DNA of 64,000 nucleotides from an uncultured Bacteriovoracaceae bacterium. GTDB taxonomy: Bacteria; Bdellovibrionota; UBA2428. The translations under genes and the position numbers were made by a program. Location of the stretch: the NCBI GenBank assembly GCA_964407615.1, contig CAYOWH010000005.1, positions 7,121 to 71,120 of the forward strand, written 5' to 3'. A model generated the notes under the pieces. The model was not told where the DNA came from. It did not search any database and saw nothing but the letters and a program-made list of their open reading frames with translations. Shown here in pieces: positions 29,688-38,333 of the stretch; the first letter of the stretch is position 1, and each line of letters begins with the position of its first letter.

Positions 29688-30866
29688 ATGAAAAAAATGA
29701 TGTTTAAATTAGGGGTCTTAGCATTCGTGTCTTCTGTCACGCTATCATCACTGAAAGCTCAGGAATGGACCCAGGAGAGCTTGGTTAAAGTGAATGGGGT
29801 GGTCACTGGGTTTAGCGGACTCAAGGTCGATAATATCGTTGATGGTGCGGTTGTTCTTCCAAGTCTTTCAAGTGAGGATTTATTTCAGTTTCAGGTCGAT
29901 CAATTTATGGGACCTCCTGAAAAGATGAGTGTTGCAGGAATTTTTAGTGCCGAAGTTCCTTCAAATTTTCATTTTCCTAAGCAAAGTGAAAAGTATGGCT
30001 TTTTTCCTGTGAGTTTTGGAAAAGAGCATTTCAGTATTTACGCTGCTAAAGGCTCTAAAAATGAACTCATTGCAGCCTGGTTTCAGCTTCCTTGGGACAA
30101 GATGCTCGAAATGGATAGCAACAAAGCTCCCCCAACGGATATGTTGCCTTTATTAAAATTCAAAAAATTTGGAATAGCCGAAGAACAAGATTGGTCCTTG
30201 GCCTCTCAGATTTCGTTGAAGCTTGATCGAGGTGCGGGAACAAGTGTGGCTTATTCCTGGGAGCGAAGTGCTTTGCAGGGCAAGGATATGGACGCCCTTT
30301 TTCTTTTTCAAGGAACCAAAACCAACAGGTGGGCTTTTGCAAATCTTCTTGGCAAACCTGCTTTAAGCGGAACAATAGCAGGAATAAATGGTCTTGAAGA
30401 AAAATTCAAAATGCTTTTCATGCGCACACATGTGACTGATCAAGATGTTACAGCTGCAGAGGGCTGGATTCGGAGTGCAAGTAGCTCAGAAAGAATTCTT
30501 GTACAGGCCTTGCCTCCTTCCCTTGAAGCAAAGTTGATTAACGCTGAAACTGTCTCTTGGACGCCTGTGGAATCTCCCGGTTGGATAAGTTTCGTTATTG
30601 CCGCAAATGCTCCCAAGCCAAGTATCTTTCGCTTGGATGGTATTTTTGGTGGTGCGTTTGCCAGAACAGCGGAACAGAAACAAATTTGGTTAGATCCTCG
30701 TGCTGGCACTACACAAACGGGCCTCAATGAGAATACACTAAAAGATGTAAGCGTAATGATGGCATTTATCGGAACAACGGAAGAGGTTGCGATGCCCGAA
30801 GCAGGGGCTGATAATTCTGCTTTCATCAATGCAGCTTCAGAAATTAGGATGAAAAAATTGAAATGA
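29688..30866 (+). CDS. Secreted hypothetical protein (392 aa)
   Basis: Signal peptide MKKMMFKLGVLAFVSSVTLSSLKAQE and GGAGG upstream of the ATG. No family recognised. It overlaps the downstream lipoprotein gene by 4 nt. Confidence 0.5.
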   Translation: MKKMMFKLGVLAFVSSVTLSSLKAQEWTQESLVKVNGVVTGFSGLKVDNIVDGAVVLPSLSSEDLFQFQVDQFMGPPEKMSVAGIFSAEVPSNFHFPKQSEKYGFFPVSFGKEHFSIYAAKGSKNELIAAWFQLPWDKMLEMDSNKAPPTDMLPLLKFKKFGIAEEQDWSLASQISLKLDRGAGTSVAYSWERSALQGKDMDALFLFQGTKTNRWAFANLLGKPALSGTIAGINGLEEKFKMLFMRTHVTDQDVTAAEGWIRSASSSERILVQALPPSLEAKLINAETVSWTPVESPGWISFVIAANAPKPSIFRLDGIFGGAFARTAEQKQIWLDPRAGTTQTGLNENTLKDVSVMMAFIGTTEEVAMPEAGADNSAFINAASEIRMKKLK

Positions 30867-31423
30867 TAAAACAGTGGTCTTGGTGTGGGATATTTTTTAT
30901 TTTAGTTTCTTGTGTTTCTTCAAGCCCTCCGCCTCGTCCCCTTGATCTTCCTTACACTTTTACTTTTGAAGGAGGCATGGATGACGTTTGGAGAGCAGCT
31001 TCATCTGTTTTAGAAAACTATACGATCACAGTTGCGAATAAAGACGCTGGCTTGTTGCAAACCGATTGGGAAAATCAGCGCTTTAATCCAGACCTCTTTG
31101 ACCATCCAGAGATTGTGCCTCAACTTGAAGAGGTTCGATCTCGCTTGAAGTTAAAACTCTCAAAAGCAAAAGCTAACGACACAGGTAAGCGAGCCATAAG
31201 AGTTCAAATAAATAAAGAACTTGAAGTTTTTAAGAATTTTTATTCAGACTGGGAGAGGAATCCTACAGATGGTTACGAGGAGCAAGTTGTTCTTTATCGA
31301 ATTTATCAAAATTTAAAAATTATAAATGCTAAGAAAAAGAAAAGCCTTGGTGCAAGACCTAAGAGACTATCGCGAGATGAAAGTGATGATGACTCAGAAA
31401 GTGATAGAGATAGCGAAGAGTAA
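30863..31423 (+). CDS. Lipoprotein with BamC/DUF3576-like (..TDW..) domain and acidic C-terminal tail
   Basis: Lipobox ILVSC. DDVWRAASSVLENYTITVANKDAGLLQTDWE resembles the helix-grip xTDW motif of NlpB/BamC and DUF3576 lipoproteins. The C-terminus is SRDESDDDSESDRDSEE. Confidence 0.5.
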   Translation: MIKQWSWCGIFFILVSCVSSSPPPRPLDLPYTFTFEGGMDDVWRAASSVLENYTITVANKDAGLLQTDWENQRFNPDLFDHPEIVPQLEEVRSRLKLKLSKAKANDTGKRAIRVQINKELEVFKNFYSDWERNPTDGYEEQVVLYRIYQNLKIINAKKKKSLGARPKRLSRDESDDDSESDRDSEE

Positions 31424-31426
31424 GTC

Positions 31427-31846
31427 TTATTGGTCAGTTTGCTCAGGAGTTTTTTCTTGTGAATCGGTTGTTTTTTCTGCTCCCCCTGGTTCGGCAATGG
31501 ATTCGGCTTGAAGAGTTTTAAAGTTTTGAATGAATTTATGCAAAACTTTTTGTTTTGTAAGAACATCAAGCCTGCCTAAGACTTTGGTTACTTCTTCGCC
31601 GTTTTTTGTTTGAACAGCAGCAACAAGATTATCGTAACCTTTTTGAATCCTATTTTTTTCGGCATCAGACTCCGGAAGATCTGCAATATTTATTTCAATT
31701 GTTTTATTGGGATTTCGATCGTTTAAGTTTTTTTTATTGAGATTAACTTCTTCTCTAAAGTCTTCTAGCGGAGAATATTGAGCTTTTGAACTGGGAACTA
31801 GAAAAACAAGGAGAGCCAACATGAAAATAGAAAAAACACTTTTCAT
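31427..31846 (-). CDS. Secreted hypothetical protein (139 aa)
   Basis: Signal peptide MKSVFSIFMLALLVFLVPSSKAQ. No recognised motif. Convergent with the lipoprotein gene (3-nt gap). Confidence 0.45.
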   Translation of the reverse strand: MKSVFSIFMLALLVFLVPSSKAQYSPLEDFREEVNLNKKNLNDRNPNKTIEINIADLPESDAEKNRIQKGYDNLVAAVQTKNGEEVTKVLGRLDVLTKQKVLHKFIQNFKTLQAESIAEPGGAEKTTDSQEKTPEQTDQ

Positions 31847-31996
31847 TACTTTATTTTATCAAGGGACAGATGATCCTAGTGTAAAGATATTGTTAAGGTA
31901 ATTTGTCGCACCTTGCTATTTTCTGACGCTTACATCGCCTGTCTTAAGGGAATGTGGGTTTGATCTCAAATTTGAATTTGTTAGTGAGAACTGAGG

Positions 31997-32782
31997 ATGG
32001 GAAAAGATATGAGGGGTTTTGTTTTTTTCTGCGCGTTTTTTTTATCTCTTTTGAGATTGGATAAAGGAGTTTTTTTAGAGGCTCATCCTTTTCTTAAAAA
32101 CGATCGACTTGCTTTTTATGGTGATAGCAATACGGATTGGGGAAGCTACCACAAAATCATACAGGAATATTTTCACAAGTTTTATCCCGAGCAAGATTTG
32201 CAGGCTCTTAACGAAGGTATGGCGGGCGATAGTATCTCAGCAGGTTATTATTGGCGCCTTGAGGAGAGAGTTTTTCCTAAAAAACCAAATGTGCTTTTTG
32301 TTATGTTTGGAATCAATGATCTTAATTGGGGGCGTGATTTAAGTTTTAAAAATAGAGAAACGTTTCTTCGTCACACAGAGATGACTGTTCAAAAAGCTTT
32401 CGATTCAGGCGTAAGGGATGTTTATGTTTTGACTTATCCTGCAACAGACTTTCCTTTAGAGGGGTCAGATCCTGTTTTGTGTGCAAAAATTCCTGAGGTA
32501 ACAGAGGCGGAAGATTCGCCTTTACAAAAAATCGGGGATGAAGCTATTGCTCGCTCACGTCTGATTTGTTCAAAAGATGGACGTTGCGCAAAGGGCATCG
32601 ACATTGAACGCCCTATGCGTAAAGTATTACGGGAATCTCGATCTGCAAACATTCGATATCACGATGTGGATGGGGTTCATTTGAATGCTCGCGGCAATCA
32701 ACTTGTTGCGGAATTGATTTTAAAAGGCTTAGGCGAGCCATCTGATCAAATAGAAAAATTTCTGAAGAATCATTTAAATTAG
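31997..32782 (+). CDS. SGNH/GDSL-family hydrolase (secreted)
   Basis: Block I FYGDSNTDWG, block III GINDL and block V DGVHLN. Confidence 0.75.
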   Translation: MGKDMRGFVFFCAFFLSLLRLDKGVFLEAHPFLKNDRLAFYGDSNTDWGSYHKIIQEYFHKFYPEQDLQALNEGMAGDSISAGYYWRLEERVFPKKPNVLFVMFGINDLNWGRDLSFKNRETFLRHTEMTVQKAFDSGVRDVYVLTYPATDFPLEGSDPVLCAKIPEVTEAEDSPLQKIGDEAIARSRLICSKDGRCAKGIDIERPMRKVLRESRSANIRYHDVDGVHLNARGNQLVAELILKGLGEPSDQIEKFLKNHLN

Positions 32783-32803
32783 GCTAATATCTTTTCTCTA
32801 TTC

Positions 32804-33532
32804 ATGACTAAAGAAGATCTTGTTCGTATCAATCGTTATATCAGCGATAAAGGTATTTGCTCTCGTCGAGAAGCTGATCGAGCCATCGAAGAGGGTCGGG
32901 TTGAAATCAATGGGCGAGTAGCCGTTTTGGGGGATAAGGTTTCGGAAAGTGATCTTGTTAAAGTTGATGGGAAGACTGTTCCTAAAAAAAGGCAAAAAGA
33001 TATTATTATTGCCTATTACAAACCTGTCGGGGTTGAGTGCACCACTAATCAAGATGTTGAGGCAAACATTGTGGACGCTGTGGGTTTGGACGATAGAGTT
33101 TTTCCAATCGGACGGCTTGATAAAATGTCTGAGGGACTCATTTTACTGACGAATCTAGGCGATATTGTGAATAAAATTCTTCGCTCAGAAAATAATCATG
33201 AAAAAGAATATATTGTGTATCTGAACAATCCTGTTCGTGATGAAACTCTTGAGGTCATGCGCAAGGGAATGCTCTTAGACGTGGGAGGCGAAGAAGTTCA
33301 AACCAAGTCGTGCGTTGTGGAGCGAATTCGTCGAGATTGTATACGGATGGTTTTAACAGAGGGAAAAAATCGTCAAATTAGGCGAATGCTTGAAAAGTTT
33401 GATCTTCGTGCAAAAAGATTAAAGCGCATTCGAGTGCTTAATATAGGGTTGGGTGATCTAGCTCCTGGTGAGTGGCGTGATTTAACCGCCAAGGAAAAAA
33501 CTATTCTTTTGGGCCGCATACAAAAAAGGTAA
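32804..33532 (+). CDS. rRNA pseudouridine synthase, RsuA/RluB/E/F family (RluF-like)
   Basis: N-terminal S4 domain (RINRYISDKGICSRREADRAIEEGRVEING), catalytic GRLDKMSEGLILLTN and KNRQIRRM. Confidence 0.88.
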   Translation: MTKEDLVRINRYISDKGICSRREADRAIEEGRVEINGRVAVLGDKVSESDLVKVDGKTVPKKRQKDIIIAYYKPVGVECTTNQDVEANIVDAVGLDDRVFPIGRLDKMSEGLILLTNLGDIVNKILRSENNHEKEYIVYLNNPVRDETLEVMRKGMLLDVGGEEVQTKSCVVERIRRDCIRMVLTEGKNRQIRRMLEKFDLRAKRLKRIRVLNIGLGDLAPGEWRDLTAKEKTILLGRIQKR

Positions 33533-33538
33533 TTTTAA

Positions 33539-33829
33539 TTAATCAAAAATTTGAAAGTCTGAATCTTCCGAGACAACACGAGCAGCGGAGTGTTTATCTA
33601 TAAACTCCAAAACACTTTTCATCCGGCTTTGAGCTATTTTCATCTCTGATGAACAAAAGGCGAATCCAAGCACACAACTTTCAAGACTTTCAAAGTCATC
33701 GACTTCTGTAAGACATATGTGATGAGCATTTTGTAATTGCTGAGAAAGTTTTTCAATGAGCTGTTTTTTGTGTCGCGGCTCCTCGTTGCCCCAAAAATCG
33801 AGAACAACTTTAGCAGCCGCGACTACCAT
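33539..33829 (-). CDS. DUF503 (YlxP-like) family protein
   Basis: 96 aa. The pattern ...HKKQLIEKLSQQLQNAHHICLTEVDDFESLESCVLGFAF... fits the DUF503 layout (SLKEKR-type segment, then V.EV...D.W....G.A). Confidence 0.5.
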   Translation of the reverse strand: MVVAAAKVVLDFWGNEEPRHKKQLIEKLSQQLQNAHHICLTEVDDFESLESCVLGFAFCSSEMKIAQSRMKSVLEFIDKHSAARVVSEDSDFQIFD

Positions 33830-33834
33830 AAAAT

Positions 33835-35343
33835 TTAAAAAATTCCGCGTGTATCGCGTTTCGCGCAGAGAAGTTTGCTTTCAGGAACAATGACGTTCAA
33901 GTTTGTAATTTCTTCCCACGTTAAACGAGGAAGTTTATCGATCATTGTTAGAAAACGATCTTGTTCTGCTTTTTCAACGATATCAGCTGTGAGTGATAAA
34001 AACTTTTTAGCATAGTCATTTCGTTTAAAGGGTTTTGCGCCAGCTGGGTGTGCGTTTGCTCTCGCTAATTCATCCACAATTTTTTCTCCATTTGTGAGAG
34101 TGATTTCAACGCGTGCTCCAAATGCTTTTTTGCTGGGATCTGCATCATGGTAACGAGCGGTCCACTCAGCATCTTCTTTTGTAGAGATTTTTTTCCAAAG
34201 AGCAACCGTCGAAGGGCGGTTAGCTCTTTCAGGCATGTAGCTGTGAACATGGTGCCAAGTGCCATCTTCTAGTGCTACGGCAAAGATGTACATGATGCTA
34301 TGATCGAGGGTCTCACGGCTCGCTTTTGGATCAAACTTTTGGGGGTCATTCGCTCCAGTTCCAATCACATAGTGCGTGTGGTGGCTTGTGTGAAGAACGA
34401 TTGAGGCAATCTCTTGAGTATTTTTGATTCGGCTCTTCATTTTAAAAGCAAGGTCAATCAAGGCTTGAGCCTGATACTCTGCAGAGTGTTCTTTTGTGTA
34501 AGATTCAAGAATGGCACGCTTTGCTTCTCCTGCTTCAGGAAGTGGAACAGAGTACGCACCCGCTGCTCCATCAAGCATGTAAGCAATCACGGAATCTTCT
34601 CCTTCGTAAATCGGTGAGGGGCTTTTTTCTCCGCGCATCGCGCGGTCAACAGCCTCGAGAGCAAGCTTTGTTCCGTGAGCGGGAGCATAGGCTTTCCAGC
34701 TAGAAATTTCTCCTTTGCGAGATTGGCGTGTAGCAAATGCCACATGAACAGCTTGTTGTATGGATTGGTAGATTGTTTCTGTTGGAAGGTTGAGAAGGGT
34801 TCCAATGCCCGCAGCGGCAGCTGGAGCTAGGTGAGCGATATGATCTTTTTTATGTTTGTGTAAACAAATGGCTTTTACAAGATTGATTTGCATCTCGTAA
34901 GCCGTTGCAATTCCGCGACAAAGATCTTTTCCGTTTTTTCCACACTGTTGAGCAGTTGCAAGAATAGCGGGGATGTTATCGCCGGGGTGAGAATAATCTG
35001 CTGCCAAAAAAGTGTCGTGCATATCGAGTTCTCTAACAGCTGTTCCGTTAGCCCATGTTGCCCACTCAGCTTCGAATTTTTGATTGTTTGAAATTCCAAA
35101 AACAGTTGCACCCTTTTCTCGTGGGTGTGCAAGAGCTTGGCTTCGTGCATTTGCGACAGGTGTTCGGTTGATGGCTGCGAGAGCGACAGAAGCGTTGTCA
35201 ATAATTCGATTTCCAATCATCTCTACAACTTCGTCCGTGACTTCAACTTTGTCGGCGGCGACTTCTGCCATCTTCCAAGCAAGTTGATCTTCGCGTGCAA
35301 GAGGAACTTTAGAGGGATAAACTTTGACGTTATGCAATTTCAT
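33835..35343 (-). CDS. MmgE/PrpD family protein (2-methylcitrate dehydratase-like)
   Basis: 502 aa, collinear with PrpD-family sequences ([37 protein letters not shown]). No prpB or prpC neighbours are present. Confidence 0.85.
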   Translation of the reverse strand: MKLHNVKVYPSKVPLAREDQLAWKMAEVAADKVEVTDEVVEMIGNRIIDNASVALAAINRTPVANARSQALAHPREKGATVFGISNNQKFEAEWATWANGTAVRELDMHDTFLAADYSHPGDNIPAILATAQQCGKNGKDLCRGIATAYEMQINLVKAICLHKHKKDHIAHLAPAAAAGIGTLLNLPTETIYQSIQQAVHVAFATRQSRKGEISSWKAYAPAHGTKLALEAVDRAMRGEKSPSPIYEGEDSVIAYMLDGAAGAYSVPLPEAGEAKRAILESYTKEHSAEYQAQALIDLAFKMKSRIKNTQEIASIVLHTSHHTHYVIGTGANDPQKFDPKASRETLDHSIMYIFAVALEDGTWHHVHSYMPERANRPSTVALWKKISTKEDAEWTARYHDADPSKKAFGARVEITLTNGEKIVDELARANAHPAGAKPFKRNDYAKKFLSLTADIVEKAEQDRFLTMIDKLPRLTWEEITNLNVIVPESKLLCAKRDTRGIF

Positions 35344-35366
35344 ATAGCAAAGAGGTTAGTGGAGTT

Positions 35367-35375
35367 GGGGGGGGG
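35367..35375. repeat. G9 homopolymer tract in a divergent promoter region
   Basis: Read directly: gagttGGGGGGGGGtcg. It is the only G/C run longer than 6 nt that I noticed in this AT-rich window. It lies 24 nt upstream of the prpD-family ATG (35343, minus) and 67 nt upstream of the lipoprotein-mla GTG (35442, plus). Confidence 0.9.
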
Positions 35376-35441
35376 TCGTCAATTAAGTGCTATCTTTGAG
35401 TGGGCTTGTTTTCGGTTCTGAATTTGTCCTAAACTATTGAT

Positions 35442-35915
35442 GTGCGCTTCTTGATTTTACTTCTTTTGTTTGTTTCTTGCTCTATATCGGGTCCGCTAAG
35501 AGAAGATCGCTCCGCATCTGATTTTACTTTCCCTGAACCTGTTAAGGGTTGGAAGTCTTTGCCGCTCAGTGAAGGCGCACAGCGTCTGTATCAACATCTT
35601 TCAACAGGATCAATGCTGAGTGTGAGTTCCATGTGCGACCGCTATGCGACGGCTCCTTTGGATCGCTTAGTGAGAAACCCCCTTACTCCTCTGGGCGCCT
35701 TTAAGGAGTTAGACTCACAAAAGCTAAGAATTTCTGATCGAGATGCTGAGCTGCTTCATGTTTCTGGTACTTTAGATGGAGTGAAGGTTGAGGTGGCGAT
35801 GATTGTTCTTAGAAAAAATGAATGTATTTTTGATTTTTCTCTTCAAGCATCTCCTAAAATTTTGGCTGGAGTGAAAAACGACTTTCTCAAAATGGTGAAA
35901 GGTTTTTCTTTTTGA
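35442..35915 (+). CDS. Lipoprotein (157 aa), first gene of the mlaEFD operon
   Basis: GTG start. MRFLILLLLFVSCS carries a lipobox (FVSC). Its stop TGA (35913-35915) overlaps the mlaE ATG (35915). No family recognised. Confidence 0.55.
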   Translation: MRFLILLLLFVSCSISGPLREDRSASDFTFPEPVKGWKSLPLSEGAQRLYQHLSTGSMLSVSSMCDRYATAPLDRLVRNPLTPLGAFKELDSQKLRISDRDAELLHVSGTLDGVKVEVAMIVLRKNECIFDFSLQASPKILAGVKNDFLKMVKGFSF

Positions 35916-36727
35916 TGACCAAAAATCGCACATATTCTTTTTTTGAAAAACTAAAGAAAAAAACATTTCTACAAATTGAAGCCTTGGGTGAGTATTCGCT
36001 CTTAACTGGAGAAACTATTCGAGTATGGTTTAAAAAACCTCCCTCTTTTTCTGAGCTCACCTACGAGATAAATATGTTGGGAGTACAATCTTTTTTAATT
36101 GTTTTTGTTGCCGCCCTATCAACAGGGCTGGTTCTTGCGATTCAGTTTGGTTTTGGGCTCGAGCGCTTTGGTGCTAAATATTATGTCCCAAAAATTGTTG
36201 CCATTTCTTTGTGTCGCGAGCTTGGGCCAATTTTTACTGCTCTCATGCTTTCGGGTCGAGTGGGTGCGGGGATGGCTGCTCAAATTGCTTCGATGAAAGT
36301 TAGTCAGCAAATTGATGCCATTCGTGCTTTGGGTACGGATCCTATTCGAAAAGTAATAGCTCCAAAAGTTTTGGCTCTTACTCTTGCAACTCCTTTATTA
36401 ACTTTGCTTGCTGATTTGATCGGTATTTTTGGAGGAATGATGGCCTCCTCTTCTCAGCTAGGTCTACAAGCTCATGATTATTTTTTTAAATCTTTTGAAA
36501 TTATTAACACTCGAGATGTTGTGGGTGGTTTGGTGAAGGGCGTTGTCTTTGGATTTTTAATTTCTACTGTCAGTTGTAACGAGGGATTAAGAGCTCGTGG
36601 AGGAACGGTAGGAGTGGGTAATGCAACCACTGATGCAGTCGTGAAGTCTTCCATCGTTATTCTGATTACGGATTTTATTCTTACAAAACTTTTGTGGATA
36701 ATTGAACACGAAATGATTCGAGGTTAG
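35915..36727 (+). CDS. mlaE: Phospholipid/MCE-type ABC transporter permease MlaE
   Basis: Typical MlaE/Ttg2B sequence (LGVQSFLIV...RELGPIFTALMLSGRVGAGMAAQI..MKVSQQIDA). I chose the ATG at 35915; the ORF track used the TTG at 35912. Confidence 0.88.
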   Translation: MTKNRTYSFFEKLKKKTFLQIEALGEYSLLTGETIRVWFKKPPSFSELTYEINMLGVQSFLIVFVAALSTGLVLAIQFGFGLERFGAKYYVPKIVAISLCRELGPIFTALMLSGRVGAGMAAQIASMKVSQQIDAIRALGTDPIRKVIAPKVLALTLATPLLTLLADLIGIFGGMMASSSQLGLQAHDYFFKSFEIINTRDVVGGLVKGVVFGFLISTVSCNEGLRARGGTVGVGNATTDAVVKSSIVILITDFILTKLLWIIEHEMIRG

Positions 36728-36729
36728 AG

Positions 36730-37473
36730 ATGGATCCTCTTGTTGAAGTTTTAGATTTTAAAAAAAGTTATGGTTCTAAAATAGTTCACAGGGGCGTGAA
36801 TTTTGATCTTCGTAAAGGCGAAATTGTTTGCTTGCTTGGACAAAGTGGCTCAGGAAAAAGTGTTTTTTTGCGAGCCTTGATTGGTCTTGAAAAACCAGAT
36901 TCAGGAACTATGCGCTACAAAGGTCAAAACATGTCTTCTTACTCACAAGAAGACTGGTTCAATGTTCGAAAAGAAATTGCCTACGCTTTTCAAAATGGAG
37001 CTCTCTTTGATTCGTTTACTGTGGAGGAAAATCTCCTCTATCCTCTTGATGCTCATACAAACTTATCTCAAGCTCAAAAAAAGAAGCGTGTAAAAGAGAT
37101 TCTCGAATTGATTGGCTTGAAGGGAACAGAAAATCTACTTCCTTCAGATCTGTCAGGAGGCATGCAAAAGAGAGCAGGTCTTGCGAGATCTATTATTTTA
37201 GATCCTGAAATTATCCTTTACGATGAACCAACAGCCGGACTTGATCCTCTCAACACGCGGGTTATTCAAGACATCATGCTCGATCTCAAAAAACGTGGAA
37301 AATCTGGAATTCTTGTTACTCATGATATGCCCACAGCCATTGCTGTGTCGGAGCGAATTTCTCTTTTAAAAGATGGAAAAATTATTATCTCAGGAACAGT
37401 TGCAGAAGTGCGTAAAGATAAACGCATAGAAGAATTTATGACAGGAGTAACAAATGGAAGCACCGAACGCTAA
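36730..37473 (+). CDS. mlaF: MCE-type ABC transporter ATP-binding protein MlaF
   Basis: Walker A GQSGSGKS, signature LSGGMQKR and Walker B ILYDEPTAGLDP. Confidence 0.9.
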   Translation: MDPLVEVLDFKKSYGSKIVHRGVNFDLRKGEIVCLLGQSGSGKSVFLRALIGLEKPDSGTMRYKGQNMSSYSQEDWFNVRKEIAYAFQNGALFDSFTVEENLLYPLDAHTNLSQAQKKKRVKEILELIGLKGTENLLPSDLSGGMQKRAGLARSIILDPEIILYDEPTAGLDPLNTRVIQDIMLDLKKRGKSGILVTHDMPTAIAVSERISLLKDGKIIISGTVAEVRKDKRIEEFMTGVTNGSTER

Positions 37474-38275
37474 AGGATCGTCAACCCTCATTGTTGGATT
37501 GTTTGTTTTAGTTAGTCTTATTGTGGGAGTAGGTTTTGTTGTTTTCATGGGAGGGAGCGGAGTTTTTAATACGGAGCTTCGGTTGAATACTCTTTTCAAA
37601 GATGCCAGAGGATTGAACGTGGGTGCTCCAGTTTATCTATCAGGAGTAGATGTGGGTCGAGTGCTTCGAAAAACTTTACCCCCTCCAGGAGAAAAGGGAG
37701 TGTTGATTAGCTTTTCTGTAGAAGGTCGGCATCGTGATCGATTGAGAAGCAGTTTAAAAGCAGAAATTTCTTCTGCGGGAATGTTGGGTGATAAAACACT
37801 TGTTCTTATTGAAGGTGAAGAAGGTGAATTGTTACAAAATGATGCTCGAATTGGAAGCCATGAAGAAGCGGGTCTTCAAGGTTATCTTGTAAAAGGCGGA
37901 GAAGCTCTTGAGAATATTCGTGAGCTGACTGAAAATATGTCTCTTATTTTTAAGGGTGGCAAAACGGGAAAAAGGATCGATGAGATCTTAGAAAATATGG
38001 TTGTCGCTTCTGCTAATTTGAAAAAAAATACTCAAGGAGATTGGGGTCATAAATTAGATCAAAGTTTGACTCGTTTAGATTCTGTCTTGGCAAAAGTAGA
38101 TAAGGGCGAGGGAACTTTGGGAGCCTTGGTCAATGACGCGTCTTTGCATGAGGATTTAAGGGTTTTATTGGGCGGAGCTAAGCGTTCGAATTTAATAAGG
38201 TTTTTGGTGAACACAGCCATCAAAAACAAAGAGGGTAAAACAGTTCTCGACGAAACCAAAATGAACGCACAATAA
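37454..38275 (+). CDS. mlaD: MCE-domain substrate-binding protein MlaD
   Basis: N-terminal TM anchor, an MCE domain (GLNVGAPVYLSGVDVGRV) and a C-terminal helical extension. It overlaps mlaF by 20 nt. Confidence 0.8.
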   Translation: MEAPNAKGSSTLIVGLFVLVSLIVGVGFVVFMGGSGVFNTELRLNTLFKDARGLNVGAPVYLSGVDVGRVLRKTLPPPGEKGVLISFSVEGRHRDRLRSSLKAEISSAGMLGDKTLVLIEGEEGELLQNDARIGSHEEAGLQGYLVKGGEALENIRELTENMSLIFKGGKTGKRIDEILENMVVASANLKKNTQGDWGHKLDQSLTRLDSVLAKVDKGEGTLGALVNDASLHEDLRVLLGGAKRSNLIRFLVNTAIKNKEGKTVLDETKMNAQ

Positions 38276-38333
38276 TTCTTCTATAAGCTTTGATCGTCTG
38301 GACAGTTAGCGTCAGGATGATAAAAATTAGAGA

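Noticed and set aside
30440-30829. 129-aa minus-strand ORF antisense to the 392-aa secreted protein gene
   Set aside because: The plus-strand ORF is three times longer, has an RBS and signal peptide, and is translationally coupled to the next gene. The antisense ORF has no start context.
34875-35216. 113-aa alternate-frame ORF and several 66-98-aa ORFs within the PrpD-family gene
   Set aside because: They are embedded in a full-length, well-conserved PrpD-family reading frame and are spurious.
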